Shown piece after piece: positions 39,899 to 51,595 of a stretch of DNA of 64,000 bases (the stretch's first letter is position 1; every line of letters begins with the position of its first letter). The DNA comes from an uncultured Armatimonadetes bacterium (GTDB lineage Bacteria; Armatimonadota; Hebobacteria; Hebobacterales; Hebobacteraceae): positions 1,355,450-1,419,449 of the forward strand of contig OY969415.1 of NCBI GenBank assembly GCA_963699135.1, written 5' to 3'. The position numbers and the translations under genes were made by a program. The notes beneath the pieces were generated by a model. That model ran no database searches and had not been told where the DNA came from. It was given only the letters and a program-made list of their open reading frames with translations.

Positions 39899-41210
39899 TT
39901 ACTCCAGAGTGAGTGTGAGGGCGTTCTGCCCGCCGCTGACAAGATCCATCTCCTTGGTCACAGACCGGTCGCCGACGGTGGCGACGACGCGGTAGTGGCC
40001 GAGGAAGCCGCGGAAGTGAGCGACGCCGCTGCTGTCGGCCTGGGCGTCGAGGCGGGTCCACCACTTGCCCTTGACCAGAGCCATCAGGCGCTGATAGGCC
40101 GGCTTGGGGGTGAGGTCGGCGCGGACCAGGCCGGCGGGCGCGCCCTGCCATTCGCCATCGTTGAAGTCCCACCAGGTGATGGCGCGGACGGCGGGGTGGG
40201 AGAAGAGGACGGTGTAAAGCCGCTCGACGTACTGGGCCTGGGCGGCCTCGCCCTCGGGGGTGCTGGGCCACGGCTGGGGCCGCTCCCAGCCGTGCTCGCC
40301 GGAGAGCACGGTGACCTCGGTGAAGTGCAGCGGGCGGCCGAACCGCGAGTAGGTTTCGCAGGCTTCCCAGAGCTTCGTGATGGGCCATTCCTCGCGATGC
40401 ATGTGGCTCTGAATGCCGAAGACGTCGACGGTGTTCGCCTTCACCAGCTCGGCGGCGAGGCGTTCGTAATCCTCGCCGAGGTTGTATTCGTTGTAGATGA
40501 GCGTCGCTCTCGGGTTGGCGGCCCGCGCCCAGGAAAGGGCTTCGATCACCATGGCGGCCGCGCGCCTTCTCCTTGGCCCAGTGGCCAACACCGTTGTCGA
40601 CTCCGGCGGAAACGGTGGCCTCGTTCACGACATCCCAGGTGTCGATGAGGCCCGCGAGCTTCGACACGATCTCGCCGACGCGGGCGCGCAGCTTCCCGCG
40701 GGTCTCCTCGACGCCGGAGGGAGCCCAGGCGGGATACACCTCATGCCAGACGAGGGGATGGCCTTTGACCGTGATCCCGTGGTCGCGGCACCACTGGGCC
40801 TGACGGCGGAGATGCTTCTCGAGGGTGCGACCGGGCTCGGGCTCGTAGGCGGCCCAGTAGAAGCCGAGGGTGGCGTAGTTGAAGAGGTCGGCGAACTCAC
40901 GCTCGTAGCGGGCCTCCATGGTAGCGTCATCGGAGCGGAGCACGGGGAAGGCGTTGCAGCCGAAAAGGAAGGCGTGACGCGTCTGCTCGATGCGCAGGCC
41001 GGCGTTGGGCACAGGCTGCCCCTTGGCGTCGACCACGCGCAGGGCGGCATCGCCCTTCCGGTATTGCTCGATGCGAGTACCGGCCGTGGTGAGGATAGCC
41101 TCTTCGCTCATTCCGCGCCTTTCGTCGCTGCGGCCGGGAGCGCCAGAGGCGAGGGCTGCGAGCAGGAGGGCCGCGAGCAGCGGTCGCGGCGCGCGCAGAC
41201 GCCCGAGCAT
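39899..41210 (-). CDS. Glycoside hydrolase family 10 endo-1,4-beta-xylanase (secreted), with one frameshift near 40580
   Basis: ORF 39879-41510 has a signal peptide (MLGRLRAPRPLLAALLLAALASG) and the GH10 N-half (..HPLVWHEVYPAWAP.., DTWDVVNEAT). ORF 39899-40591 has the GH10 C-half (..IYNEYNLGEDYERL..VDVFGIQSHMH..ITEVTV..TWWDFNDGEWQG). Confidence 0.7.
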
Positions 41211-41304
41211 AGTGGATGCGCCCCCTTCACGATGGTCGCAGTTGGCGACGAGCATGGTTTTCGCTTTCGTTGGCGCAACGTCCTGCCGGCCGGAGAGGGC
41301 GGCG

Positions 41305-43347
41305 TCAGGCCGGCGGCACAGCCGCTGCCGAGACCCGGTCGCGGCCGCGGCGGGGGTGGAGAGACAGGCCACAAGCGGCGCAACGTTCGAGTTCGGCCAG
41401 CTTGTCGACGTAGTCGAGAACGGCGGTGGAGTATTCGGCGTGGCTCCAGGTGAGGGGGGAGACGCTGAGCGGCTGGTCGCTGTAAGGGTGGACCTGCTCG
41501 GCGAGGACACCGCTGGGGAGGGCGCGAGAGACGATCCATTCGAGGATCTCCCGCGCGGGTTTCAGCTCGTCCACCGTTCGGGCGCGGGCGATGTACCACT
41601 GGGCGAGCCAGGCGGTGCAGACGAACCACGGGTTGCCGGGCACATTGGCAAGGTCGCGGCTGATCTGGAAGTAGTTGTCGTCCTCGTGGCGGGCGAGGCC
41701 GCCGACATCGGTCTTCACCCAGAGCCGGTCTCGCATCGCGGTGAGCGTGGAGACGACGCGCTCCTCATCGGGCGGGAACATCCCGAACCGATAGAGGCCG
41801 CAGAGGGAGGAGTCGAGCACGAGGTCGGGCTCAAGCACGTCCCCCGATCTGCGATAGAGGGTCCTGGCAAACCGGCCGGCGGAGTCGAGCCAGAGGTGCC
41901 GGCAGGCGGCCTCGCGGAGAGAGATGGCGGTGGCGGCGTAGCGGTCGGCGAGATCGGTTTCGCCGAAGGCGCGGGCGAAGTTGGCGGCGCCCATCAGCCC
42001 GCCAAACACGGCGCCGATGGTGAAGGCGTGGATGCCATAGCGCACTTCCCAGAGATCGTAGGAGGGGCGAGGCAGGCCGGTCTGCTCATCCCGGTAGTCG
42101 CACAGCCAGTTGGCGGCGCGGGTGACGAGAGGGCGATAGAGGGGCTTGATGACCTCGACATCGCGGAAGCGGTCGAAGTGTTCCCAGAGAGCCCAGATCA
42201 CCAGCGCGGTCTCATCCTCCTGAACGGGCAGGTCGCCATCCTCCGGGTAGACCCAGGGGTGCCAGGAGCTGCCGAGGCTGCCGTCGGCGTTGTACTTGTG
42301 GAGGAAGAAGCCCTCCTTGGTGATGATCTCGCCGCAGAACTCGAAAAAGCGAGCGGTGGGCTGAGAGAACCCGGCGAGGTCGAGGGCGTGAGCGACGAGG
42401 GCGCCGTCGCGGGGCCACATGTAGGAGTAAGTGTCGCGGCCGAACTGCTCGATGTCGCTGTCGTTGGCGGCGATGATGGCGCCGGTCTCGTCGACCTGGG
42501 TGCGCATGAGCAGGAGGCTGCGCTTGTGCAGGTCGATCGCGTCGGCCGGCAGGTCCCCGTAGGTGTCCTCTTCTTTGTTGACCCAGAGCCGCCAGTAGTT
42601 GGCGGTGCGGCGAATCAGCTCGGCGGGGGTCTTGGCGACGACGAGCTGATTGAGCAGGCGCACCGCGTCATAGGTGATTCCAGCGGCGATCCAATAGTGG
42701 ACGTCGGCCCGGCCCTGCGGAGGCACGGTGACATGCACGGCGACGGCGGAGTCGACAGATCCCTGGGCGATGGGGTTCGACTGCAGCACTCCGTCCTCGG
42801 CGTCGCGCCAGGTGCCCTCGAACCCGGCGATCTCCTTGTTGCCGGTGGTGTACTGGTCGAGGCCGCAGGCGCGCTCGGTGCAGGCATTGATGGCGAAGTA
42901 GCGCGGACCTTTGTAGTGGATCAGCAGGCGTTCCCAGGGCCGGAAGTAGGCGGTGTCGCCGAGGGCCGACTCGGAGATGTGGAAGTCGTGACAGAAGAAC
43001 AGCCGGACTTCTCGCTCGCGGTCGGCCAGGTTCTCTGCCTGCACGTGGCGGAGGTAGACGTCCTCATGGAAGTCGACGGCATCGCAGCAACGAAGCCGGA
43101 GGCCCAGCTTCTGGTTGGTGAGGACAGCTTCGGACGCCAGGGTCTCGGAGCGGTAGCGCAGGTCGCGCTGCCAGTCGTCGCTCTCGATCCAGGAGATAGC
43201 GCCCTCACACCAGACACCGAACCGGAAGGGATGGCCGGCGGTGTGGTTCTCTTTGCCAACGTGAGGATAGGAGAAATCCCGCAGGCGATAGCTGCTGTCG
43301 AAGTTGACCAGCAGGCGGCCGTTCCCGAGCGGCAAGTCTCGCGGCAT
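41305..43347 (-). CDS. Glycoside hydrolase family 15 (glucoamylase/glucodextranase/trehalase-like)
   Basis: Intact 680 aa. It has an N-terminal beta-sandwich domain followed by an (alpha/alpha)6 catalytic domain with ..YSYMWPRDGALVAHAL.. and ..PLTWSHAEY... Confidence 0.7.
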   Translation of the reverse strand: MPRDLPLGNGRLLVNFDSSYRLRDFSYPHVGKENHTAGHPFRFGVWCEGAISWIESDDWQRDLRYRSETLASEAVLTNQKLGLRLRCCDAVDFHEDVYLRHVQAENLADREREVRLFFCHDFHISESALGDTAYFRPWERLLIHYKGPRYFAINACTERACGLDQYTTGNKEIAGFEGTWRDAEDGVLQSNPIAQGSVDSAVAVHVTVPPQGRADVHYWIAAGITYDAVRLLNQLVVAKTPAELIRRTANYWRLWVNKEEDTYGDLPADAIDLHKRSLLLMRTQVDETGAIIAANDSDIEQFGRDTYSYMWPRDGALVAHALDLAGFSQPTARFFEFCGEIITKEGFFLHKYNADGSLGSSWHPWVYPEDGDLPVQEDETALVIWALWEHFDRFRDVEVIKPLYRPLVTRAANWLCDYRDEQTGLPRPSYDLWEVRYGIHAFTIGAVFGGLMGAANFARAFGETDLADRYAATAISLREAACRHLWLDSAGRFARTLYRRSGDVLEPDLVLDSSLCGLYRFGMFPPDEERVVSTLTAMRDRLWVKTDVGGLARHEDDNYFQISRDLANVPGNPWFVCTAWLAQWYIARARTVDELKPAREILEWIVSRALPSGVLAEQVHPYSDQPLSVSPLTWSHAEYSTAVLDYVDKLAELERCAACGLSLHPRRGRDRVSAAAVPPA

Positions 43348-43457
43348 CTGTGTGCGCCCCCGAACCTGGAGTGCCTCGCTGAGGAGATCACTACTGGGTT
43401 CGGAGCCGAAGCAGCGAAACCCTCAGCCGCTTTGTGCGGTTCACCTGACGCGTCGGG

Positions 43458-44344
43458 CTAGGTGAGGGGCTTCGACCACTCGTTGAGGTTGTGCTTGCGG
43501 CGGAAGCCGGCCCTCTCGTAGGCGCGGAGGGCCGGGACGTTCTCGAAGCCGGTACTGATGAGGACGAGGCCCGCGCCCCACTCCCGCAGGCGGTGGAGGG
43601 CGCGGGAGACGAGGGCGGTCGCCAGGCCCTTGCCGCGGTGGGCTTGGTCGGTACCGACGAAACCGAGCTGGCCGATGGGCTTGTCGGCGGCGCGTAGATC
43701 GGGATAGAGGCGGCCGCCGCAGGTGGCGGCTTCCTTGCCCTGGGAGAGCGCGACGAGCCGGAACACGCGCGCCTTGAACTCCGGATCGGCGTTGGCGTCG
43801 GCGATCTCGTAGCCGGCCGGGGCGCGAACTGCGGCGGATCGGCCGACAGGTCGGCGACCAGGAACGCCTCCGACTGGGTCATGACGAAGCCGGACTGGAC
43901 GAAGGCGTTGGTGGCATCGGCCGCCCAATGGGGGTGATAGGGCTCGAGGCCGAGGAGGTACCCTCCATAGAACGCGCCGGAGGAGCAAGTGGGACCGCAG
44001 ATACCCTTGGCTCCGGCGGCGCGGGCGCGGCACTCGATTTCGGTGAGCAGGGCCACTCCCTCAGCTACCGCGCCGGGGGCGAGCGCGAGGAGATGCACGA
44101 AGAACTCCCGGCCGCGGCTCTCGCCGTGGGCGAAGGCGAGAGGTCTGCCCGCGGCGTAGGCGATGAGCATGTTCTCGGGCTGATATCTGTCGCCGAGGGT
44201 GGGCCAGTGGGCGAGCAGCGCGGCGTCGATGGGCCGCGTGTAGGGCCAGCCGCGGGTGTAGGCGTTGACGAGGGCCGCCATATCGGCCTCGGTGGCGGGG
44301 GAGACGGAGGCGATTGTCAGGTCGCTCGCGGTCACGATCCGCTC
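43458..44344 (-). CDS. GNAT family N-acetyltransferase with one frameshift near 43800
   Basis: The C-terminal frame carries the acetyl-CoA motif QLGFVGTDQAHRGKGLATALVSRALHRL..ENVPALRAYERAGF. The N-terminal part lies in the frame of ORF 43391-44449, with a GTG start at about 44344. Confidence 0.55.
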
Positions 44345-45394
44345 ACGAATAGCGCCCGACCTTCCAGCCCTCGTCGAGCATGGCGAGGTAGTTGGCGACG
44401 GGAATGTAGTTGGCGACGGTGTTGCCGGAGCCGAGGGCGTAGCCGCCACCGGGGGCGCAGCCTTCGATGCAGCGGCGGGTGTAGGCGCGGACCTGGTCTT
44501 CGCTGCCGCGGGCGAGCACGTCCATGTCCACGCCGCCGAGGAGGGCGCATGCGGTCGGCCCCACTGGCCTTCGCCTCCCAGACCGGCATGATGACGTCCT
44601 CGAAGGAGTGCTTGGCGTCGATGCCAACGTCGTCGATGAGGTCGTCGATGATCTCGTCGAGCTTGCCGCAGGAGTGCAGCAGCACGGGCTTGCCGCGGCG
44701 GTGGGCGATCTCGCAGATCCGCTTCTGCGTCGGGAAGACGTACTTGCCGAGCGCCTCCGGGGAGGCCATGGGTCCGCCCTTGAACCCCATGTCATCGTTG
44801 AGCCACTGGGCGCCGACGCAGTCCATCGCCGAAGTGATCTCGACCAGATCGCAGAGCGACCTGGCCGACCTTATGAGCGATGGCGGCAACGAGGTCGGGC
44901 TGGTCGACGAGGGCGTAGCTGAAGGCCTCGAAGCCCATGAGGAAGGTGAGGTTCTCGAATGGCCCGCCAGGAATGGTGGCGCAGATCTTCATGCCATCGG
45001 GGAGATGGCGGGAAAGGGTCTCGATGGAGCGGACGGCGCCGGGGGTCACCTCGGGCCAGGGGTAGTTCTCGAAGTCCTCCCAGGTCGTGATCGGCCCGGT
45101 GGATTCGTTCTGCCAACCGCGCTCGCCATGGGAGAGGGGAGCGGTGTCGGCGACCCGGAGGCTGGTGGTGGGGAAGCCGATGTCGGTTCCCTGGGTGATG
45201 TAGTCATAGCCGAGGTCGCGCCAGAACTTCGCGCGCCAGGCGGCCGCGCTATCGGGGTCGGAGGGCGAGGGGCCCTGAATGGCGGCCATGATCTCGTAAT
45301 CGTGGGAGAACTCGGCGAAGGGGACGCGTTCCGGCTCTCCCTGGCGGCGCACGACCCTGAGGAATCGCTCGAAGTTGGGATCGGGCTTTCTCAT
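44343..45394 (-). CDS. URO-D/MtaA-like family protein (third paralog), with about 2 frameshifts
   Basis: ATG 45394 begins MRKPDPNFERFLRVVRRQGEPERVPFAEF..KICATIPGGPFENLTFLMGFEAF. The rest lies in ORF 44332-44889 (..LLHSCGKLDEIIDDLIDDVGIDAKHSFEDVIMPV) and ORF 44343-44795 (..CIEGCAPGGGYALGSGNTVANYIPVANYLAMLDEG..). Confidence 0.55.
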
Positions 45395-46852
45395 GTTGAC
45401 TCCCGGATGACGATGACGCTGTCGATGCCGAGGGCGTCGGCGATCTTCTGAATGGTCCCGGCGTGGTGGCCCAGACCCAGGGCGAAGTGATGGGTCGGGC
45501 CCTCCGCGATCCAGCGCTTCAGGAACGTCTTGACGTCGGGCTGGAAGAAGCCGCGGGTGTTGGTGTTGCCAGTGGCGGGGATGGGGCCGGCGACAGATTC
45601 GCCCTCGGCGATGACGAACTTGAACCGGCCGTCGTGGGTCTGGGTGAGGCCGAGCATGGTGATGGGGCCTTCCTTGATCTTGAACTCGACGGAGGCTCCC
45701 GATCCGGGCTTGCCGTGGTACTTGGTGAGGCTGCGCAGCACGGGCCGGCCCTCCGCGATGCTGATGTGGTGGGGCCCGTCGTGGCCGACGAGCACGAAGC
45801 CCTCGGCGAAGTCGACGGGATGGAACTCGGCGAAGCTGCCGCCGATGTCGAGTCGGTCCAGGATGAGCATGGCGACGCAGGTCTTGAGATCGCACTCACC
45901 GCACATCGGGAAGCCGGCGGCGGTGAGGAGGGAGTTGCCGACGATGAGGTTGCTGACGACCTGCCGCATCTCGCTGCCCTCCTCCGCCTCGTAGTAGTAG
46001 GCGAGGCCGTCGAGCTTCTGCGTGGCTACGAACTTGTCGAGGGCAACGGCCACCCGGGCCGCGGTCCGCAGGTCATCGTCGGTGAGCTTCCGCGTCACCG
46101 GGTCTGCTCTGGGGTCGGGGGTGTCGAAAAAGCCAAGGATTTCCTGGCTCTTCGCGGCGATCTCCGGGTCGGTGACGGCGCGGTATTGCCGCAGAATCTC
46201 ATCGGGTTCGGTCTGGACGACGTGGAGGCCGAAGTGAGCAGTGAAAGCAGTGGGGTCGCTGTGCATGTCGAGCATGGCTTCGAGCACGTGGCCCATCTGG
46301 CCGATGCGAGCGCCGCGGAGATCGTGCAGCACCTTGGCGACGTCGCACCAGTCGGCGATCTCACCCCGCGCTCCGGCGTCATCGTGCAGGGTGCCGATGA
46401 CGAGGGCGGCGGGCGCTTGCCGAGGCGGACGGCGACGCCGGAGAACTCCGGGAGGGAGCAGATGTTGTCGTTGGCGAGCTGCATGCAGGTGGTGGCGCGG
46501 GCGTAGTCCATGGCACCGAGAGGCTGGAGCGCGACCAGTACGATGGGGACGGTAAGCTCGCGGCACGATCAGGCCGAAGGTGGAGCTGGTGGCGTAGGTG
46601 AGCATGTCGCAGAAGACCAGGTCGAGGTCGGCCGCCTTCAGGCGCTTGAGGGCGGATTGCGCGGACTCGGCCTCATCCACCAGGCCGACGTTGACGACCT
46701 CGACGTCGTTCGCCCAGACCATCTCCTCGAAGAGGTCGAGGTAGCCGAGCAGCTCCTCCCGGAGGCCGGCGAACTGGTCCCAATAGGTGTGGTGGCCGAC
46801 GCCGAAGACGCCGACTCTGGCGGTGCGCGGTTTGCGTCGCGGGACTTGCATA
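45391..46852 (-). pseudogene. L-arabinose/L-fucose isomerase-family sugar isomerase with at least 3 frameshifts
   Basis: MQVPRRKPRTARVGVFGVGHHTYWDQFAGL..DLDLVFCDMLTYATSSTFG lies in the frame of ORF 45391-47577. MDYARATTCMQLANDNICSLPEFSGV lies in ORF 46095-46511. The C-terminal two thirds (..IGQMGHVLEAMLDMHSD..GFPMCGECDLKTCVAMLILDRL..) are back in the first frame. Confidence 0.5.
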
Positions 46853-47040
46853 TCTCGTCTCTGCCACTCCGGCGAAGAGAGTTCGCGGCTCTCTCTTCCA
46901 CTGGGGCGGGCGGGAACCTGCCCCGCGCCGGGGAGGAGGGCCCTGCCGCCGCGTTGAAGAGACGACATGGCCCGGTGGGCGCAAGGTATGCGGTCCACTC
47001 TCAGGTCGATGGGCAACCTCCCGAAGGTAGAGCCTTCTCG

Positions 47041-48999
47041 GTGAAACTGACTCCCCGCGCGCTGATCGTCGGTCTGGTCGGCATCGTCCTGGTATCGCTG
47101 GTGGTCGCGTGGGCGGAGCTGGTGTACGGGCAGATCATGATCGGCCTGCTCCAGATGCCGCCCATGGTGGTGTTCTGCGCTGTTTGCCCTGGTGCTGCTG
47201 AACAAGGGGGCGAAGCGCGTCTCGCCGCGGCTGGTCGCTGCAGCCGGGCGAGATCGCGGTGGTGTACTGCATGCTGGTGGTGGCGGCGATGCTGTCGTCG
47301 CACGGGCTGATGCAGCGGCTGATGCCCGACGCTGGTGGGGGTGAACTACTATGCCGACCCCGGCAACCGGTGGGACCGACTGTTCTTCCCGAACGTCCAT
47401 CCCTGGATGGTGCCGTGGGACCCAGGCAGCGGCGCGCACCAATGGACGGCGACTGCTTTCTATGAGGGGTTGAGGGAAGGCGAGAAGCTCCCGTGGCTGC
47501 GTGTGGCTGAAGCCGCTGGGCGCGTGGATGATCCTGGCGATTGCGATCTTCGGGGCCTTCTTCTGCTTCGCGACCATCGTCCGCCGGCAGTGGAGCGAGA
47601 ACGAGCGGCTGTCCTATCCGCTGGTGCAGCTCCCCGTGGAGCTGATCCGGGAGCAGCCGGGGCGATCTTTCCTCAGCAACCCGCTGACCTGGATCGGGTT
47701 CGCCGTCCCCACCATCGTGTACGGGATCAACGGGCTGCACAACTGGGATCCGTCGCTGCCGCAGATCAACCTGGCGATCTACATCAACGACTACCTGACG
47801 GATCGCGCCCTGGTCCGACATCTCGTGGTTCACGGCCTACATCTCGCCGGGGGCGGTCGGCTTCTTCTACCTGTTGCCGCTGGAGCTGCTGCTGAGCTTC
47901 TGGGTGTTCCTGCTGCTGGCGAAGGCGCAGGATGTGGTGGTGTCGGCGCTGGCGCTGCCCCCGATGGACGCCCAGCACGCGGGCGCCAACGGCTACATGG
48001 CCTACCAGACGACGGGCGCCTACTTCATGCTGGTGATCTACCTCGGGCGCGGTGGCGTGGCCGCACCTGAAGAGCATCCTGCGGCGGGCGGTCGGGCTGG
48101 GCGGGCCGGATGGGCAAGCAGGAGATGATCTCCTACCGGGCTGCTTTCTGGGGCCTGGTCGCGGCGCTGGTCGATTGCGGTGGTCTGGCTGCTCCAGTCG
48201 GGAATGACCATCGGCTACGCGGTGTTGGTGCTGCTGATCTACGTCTTCGTCGAGGCGGTGGTGATGGCGAGGGGCGTGCGCGGAGGGCGGGCTGCCGATG
48301 ACGGAGGGGTGCTTCATCCCGATGGACGTCGTGGCGCTGGGGGTGCCGCAGATCAGCCTGGGGCCGAGCAACCTGACGAGTTCGGCCTTCTTCGACGCCA
48401 TGTTCACCCGCGACCTGCGGGGCATGCTGCTCCCCGCCTTCCTCGACGGGCAGAAGCTCGGCGACGAGATCGGCGTGCAGCGGCGCACCCTGGCCGCGGT
48501 GTTCGCCATCGCGGTGCTGGTGACGATTCCGGTGGCGGCCTTCATCCAGCTCTCGCTGCCCTATCACCGCGGCGCGCCTCGACGCTGGGTCGCTCCTATA
48601 TGCTGCAGGCACCAGAACATTCAGTTCTTCCGGGAGAACTCGGCCTGGCTGCAGGGGCGAGAGTCCGCACCTCTCCGGGCGCGCTGATCTAGCTTCCTCG
48701 CGGGCGGCGCGGTCGACGGCGCTGCTGGCCTTCCTGCGGGTGCGCTACGTGGGGTGGCCCTTCCATCCCATCGGGTACGTGCTCTGCACCTCCTGGACGG
48801 TGCTTAGCTACTGGTTCCCGATGCTGGTGGCCTGGGTGATCAAGTCACTCGTCGTGCACTACGGCGGGATGCGGCTTTACGGACCAGGCTGCGGCCGCTA
48901 TTCCTGGGGCTGATCTTCGGCGAGTTCACATCGGCGGTGATGTGGACGCTGATCACGGTGTTCTGGCACGTTCGCGCGCCGTTCTTCCCGTGGACGTAG
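47041..48999 (+). pseudogene. Large polytopic membrane protein of unknown family, broken into at least 8 frame segments
   Basis: The hydrophobic and coding-like fragments on + lie in ORFs 46510-47310 (tail), 47335-47895, 47501-48070, 47874-48128, 48110-48301, 48180-48692 and 48298-48687. A further terminal segment ends ..FFPWT*. Confidence 0.35.
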
Positions 49000-49038
49000 A
49001 GAGGGCCGCGGAGCGCGCTCAGGACTGCGAGGCTCTTC

Positions 49039-49620
49039 CTAGACGCGGTGGAACGCGGCGTAGTCTGGCTTGTCGTACGGCGTACCCAGGCCGGTGACGA
49101 AGCTTGGCACACCAATCGGCGGACGGCCCGCCAGCAGATCGCGGGCGAGCGCTCTCAGTTCGCAGGGAAACAGCGGCTCCTCCTCGATCTGTTCGAGAGG
49201 CACCCATTCCGCTGACTCGCCGACGCCGTCCATGAGGCCGGGCCGGATGGAATCCTGCTCGCACAGGTCTGCGCGCAGGTAGACCTCCAGGCCGTAGGCA
49301 TGACCAGGGAGATCATCCTCCTGCTTGAACCCCCAGGCTTCGAGGCTCGGCCTGATCTCGGCAATCGAAACCATCTTCGGCACAATCCACTCGCGCAGGA
49401 ACGCAACTGACCGAACCTCCACATGCAGTCCAGTCTCCTCGAACACCTCTCGCTCGCCGGCCTCGTACAGGCTCTCATTGGGTTCCAGGCCCCCGCCTGG
49501 CAGGCAGCGGTAAGGCGGCAGCCCACGTTCATCGGAGCAGGGGGCGTGGAGCAGCATCTTGCCCTTGTGGACGACGATCACTCGCGTCCGGATGTTGCGG
49601 TAGATGTTGTGGGTGAACAT
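49039..49620 (-). CDS. NUDIX hydrolase
   Basis: Intact 193 aa with the Nudix box GGGLEPNESLYEAGEREVFEETGL. Confidence 0.8.
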   Translation of the reverse strand: MFTHNIYRNIRTRVIVVHKGKMLLHAPCSDERGLPPYRCLPGGGLEPNESLYEAGEREVFEETGLHVEVRSVAFLREWIVPKMVSIAEIRPSLEAWGFKQEDDLPGHAYGLEVYLRADLCEQDSIRPGLMDGVGESAEWVPLEQIEEEPLFPCELRALARDLLAGRPPIGVPSFVTGLGTPYDKPDYAAFHRV

Positions 49621-49712
49621 GGTCGCTCCCTCCCGTGGCGCCTAGCGCGACAGGCGCGTGTCCTTCGCCCTGCAGGCGCTATCGAACCAGCGCCGCCAGC
49701 CCCAACGCGCGC

Positions 49713-50800
49713 TCAGCACCCCTCGTTGTAGAACACGTACAGCCCGTCCTTGCCGGGGGCGACGATGTCGAGGCGGCCGGTGCCGCGCAGGTCGGCGATG
49801 GCGAAGTGGATGCCGCAGCCGGTGCCGACGCGGGTCGGGCCGTAGTCGATCACCTGCTTGGCGAACGACTCGCCGGTCCACTTGAAGTAGTAGATGCCGA
49901 CGTCGTCGTACTCGCCGGGGTCGTTGCCGCAGTGGGCGCGGTAGCGCTTGCCGGTGACCAGTTCGCAGGCGCCGTCGCCGTCGATGTCCACCCACTGCAG
50001 GTCGTGGTACTGCGCGTTGTAGGGGTCGATGGGATGCTTGGTCCAGGTGCGGCTGCCGGCGGCGTCGCGGCCCTGCTCCCACCAGTCCAGGCCGTAGTCG
50101 TGGGCCTGCCCGACGATGAGGTCGTTCAGCCCGTCGCCGTTGACGTCGACGACGAGGATGGGGATGCTGGCGCTGGCCGAGGTCGAAGTCCTGGTGGAAG
50201 CGTCCACTCGCCGCCGAGGGGATCGTCGGGCGCCTCCAGCCAGCCGTGCGCGAGGACGAAGTCGCCGCGGCCGTTGCCGGTGATGTCGCCGAAGCCGAGG
50301 CCGTGCCCCTGGGGCTCGGTCGCAGATCGTGTGGCTGGCGAAGGTCCCGTGCCCTTGCCCGCCGCGTCGGTGACGAGCTTGTAAGCGACGAGCGGCCCAC
50401 CGGGCGTGTTGGGGACGATCTCGAGCTGGCCGTCGCCATCCACGTCCCAGGCGCGGGTGGTCTCGACGTTGCCGACCTCGGCGATGACGTGCTCCGGCCA
50501 CTCCTCGCCCGTCGGCGCCGGGGTTCTCGCGCCAGCGGAGCGTGTTGCCCCACCAGCCGCCGGTGATGAAGTCCAGGTAGCCGTCGCCGTTGACGTCCAT
50601 GGGGATGGTGGAGAAGTCGTCGAAGTACTCGCCGGCCGCCAGCACCTCGCCGATGCGAGTGCTGCCTGCCGGAAGTCCGGCCCTTGGTACCAGTAGGCGC
50701 CGGAGACGATGTCGAGCACGCCGTCGTTGTTGACGTCGAACACGCCCGCGGACTCGTAGCGCTCGTCGGCGATGAGGGTCTTGCGGAACTTCAGCGGCAT
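49713..50800 (-). pseudogene. FG-GAP/VCBS-repeat (ASPIC/UnbV-like) beta-propeller protein with at least 4 frameshifts
   Basis: Repeated DxDGDG-type motifs lie in three frames. These are FDVNNDGVLDIVSGAYW, MDVNGDGYLDFITGGWW, WDVDGDGQLEIV, GDITGNGRGDFVLAHGW, VVDVNGDGLNDLIVGQ and VDIDGDGACELVTG. The C-terminus is ..DIVAPGKDGLYVFYNEGC*. Confidence 0.5.
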
Positions 50801-50822
50801 AGCTGCTCCCGGAGAACTGTGG

Positions 50823-51383
50823 CTACTTCGCGGCCAGGAACTGGACCTCGAAGATGAGGGTGGAGTTGGGCGGGATGGGGCCGACGGCGCGGGGGCCGTA
50901 ACCGAGGGTGGGAGGCACGATCAGCTTGCGCACGCCGCCCGGCTTCATGCCGGCGACGCCTTCATCCCATCCCTTGATAACCTGGCCGGCGCCGAGGCCG
51001 AAGCTGAAGGGCTGGCCGCGGTCGACGGAGCTGTCGAACTTGTTGCCGTTTACGAGCCATCCGGTGTAGTGGACGGAGACCATCTGGCCGGCCTTCGCGG
51101 CGGCGCCGTCGCCGACCTTCACGTCGATGTACTCGAGCCCGGAGGGGGTCTTCACCACCGGGTTGGTGGACGGCGTGCCGAGCTTACGGGCGGCGGCAAC
51201 GGCCTCGCTCTCGGGGGCCTTGGCTTCTGGCGCGACCGGCTTCTCGGCCGGGGGTTGAGTCACAGTCGTCTCCTTTGGTGGGGCAGGGGTAGTCGTGGTC
51301 GCCTGCTGCTTCTCACAGCCGAGGAAGGCGAGGGCCGCGATCAGCAGAAGGGCGAGGATGAGGTACCGGGTTGCGTCTTTCAT
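50823..51383 (-). CDS. FKBP-type peptidyl-prolyl cis-trans isomerase lipoprotein
   Basis: The likely start is MKDATRYLILALLLIAALAFLGC (lipobox). The FKBP domain is GLEYIDVKVGDGAAAKAGQMVSVHYTGWLVNGNKFDSS..PFSFGLGAGQVIKGWDEGVAGMKPGGVRKLIVPP. Confidence 0.8.
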   Translation of the reverse strand: MKDATRYLILALLLIAALAFLGCEKQQATTTTPAPPKETTVTQPPAEKPVAPEAKAPESEAVAAARKLGTPSTNPVVKTPSGLEYIDVKVGDGAAAKAGQMVSVHYTGWLVNGNKFDSSVDRGQPFSFGLGAGQVIKGWDEGVAGMKPGGVRKLIVPPTLGYGPRAVGPIPPNSTLIFEVQFLAAK

Positions 51384-51595
51384 GGGTGGTTCACCTCCAC
51401 GGGAATCCGAGTCGAGATGATAGCACGGGGAGGGGAGAGGGGCAAGGAGGGGGGGCGGGAACCCAGCAATGCACCCAGGCGCGCCTTTCCGTTGACACCC
51501 CTGCACCCCTTCTGGTATACTCCTTGCACCACAGCGGGCCTGGGGCCGGTTGCAGTGGCCTGGGCGCGCTACTTGTCTGTGGAGGTGATCGGGAC

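Noticed and set aside
44792-45895. First 167 aa of ORF 44792-45895 (MRSQDLRRHAHPGPTRHRRQ..)
   Set aside because: It is an Arg/Pro/His-rich antisense read-through across the AraA-like gene. URO-D homology starts at the internal ATG 45394 (MRKPDPNFERFL..).
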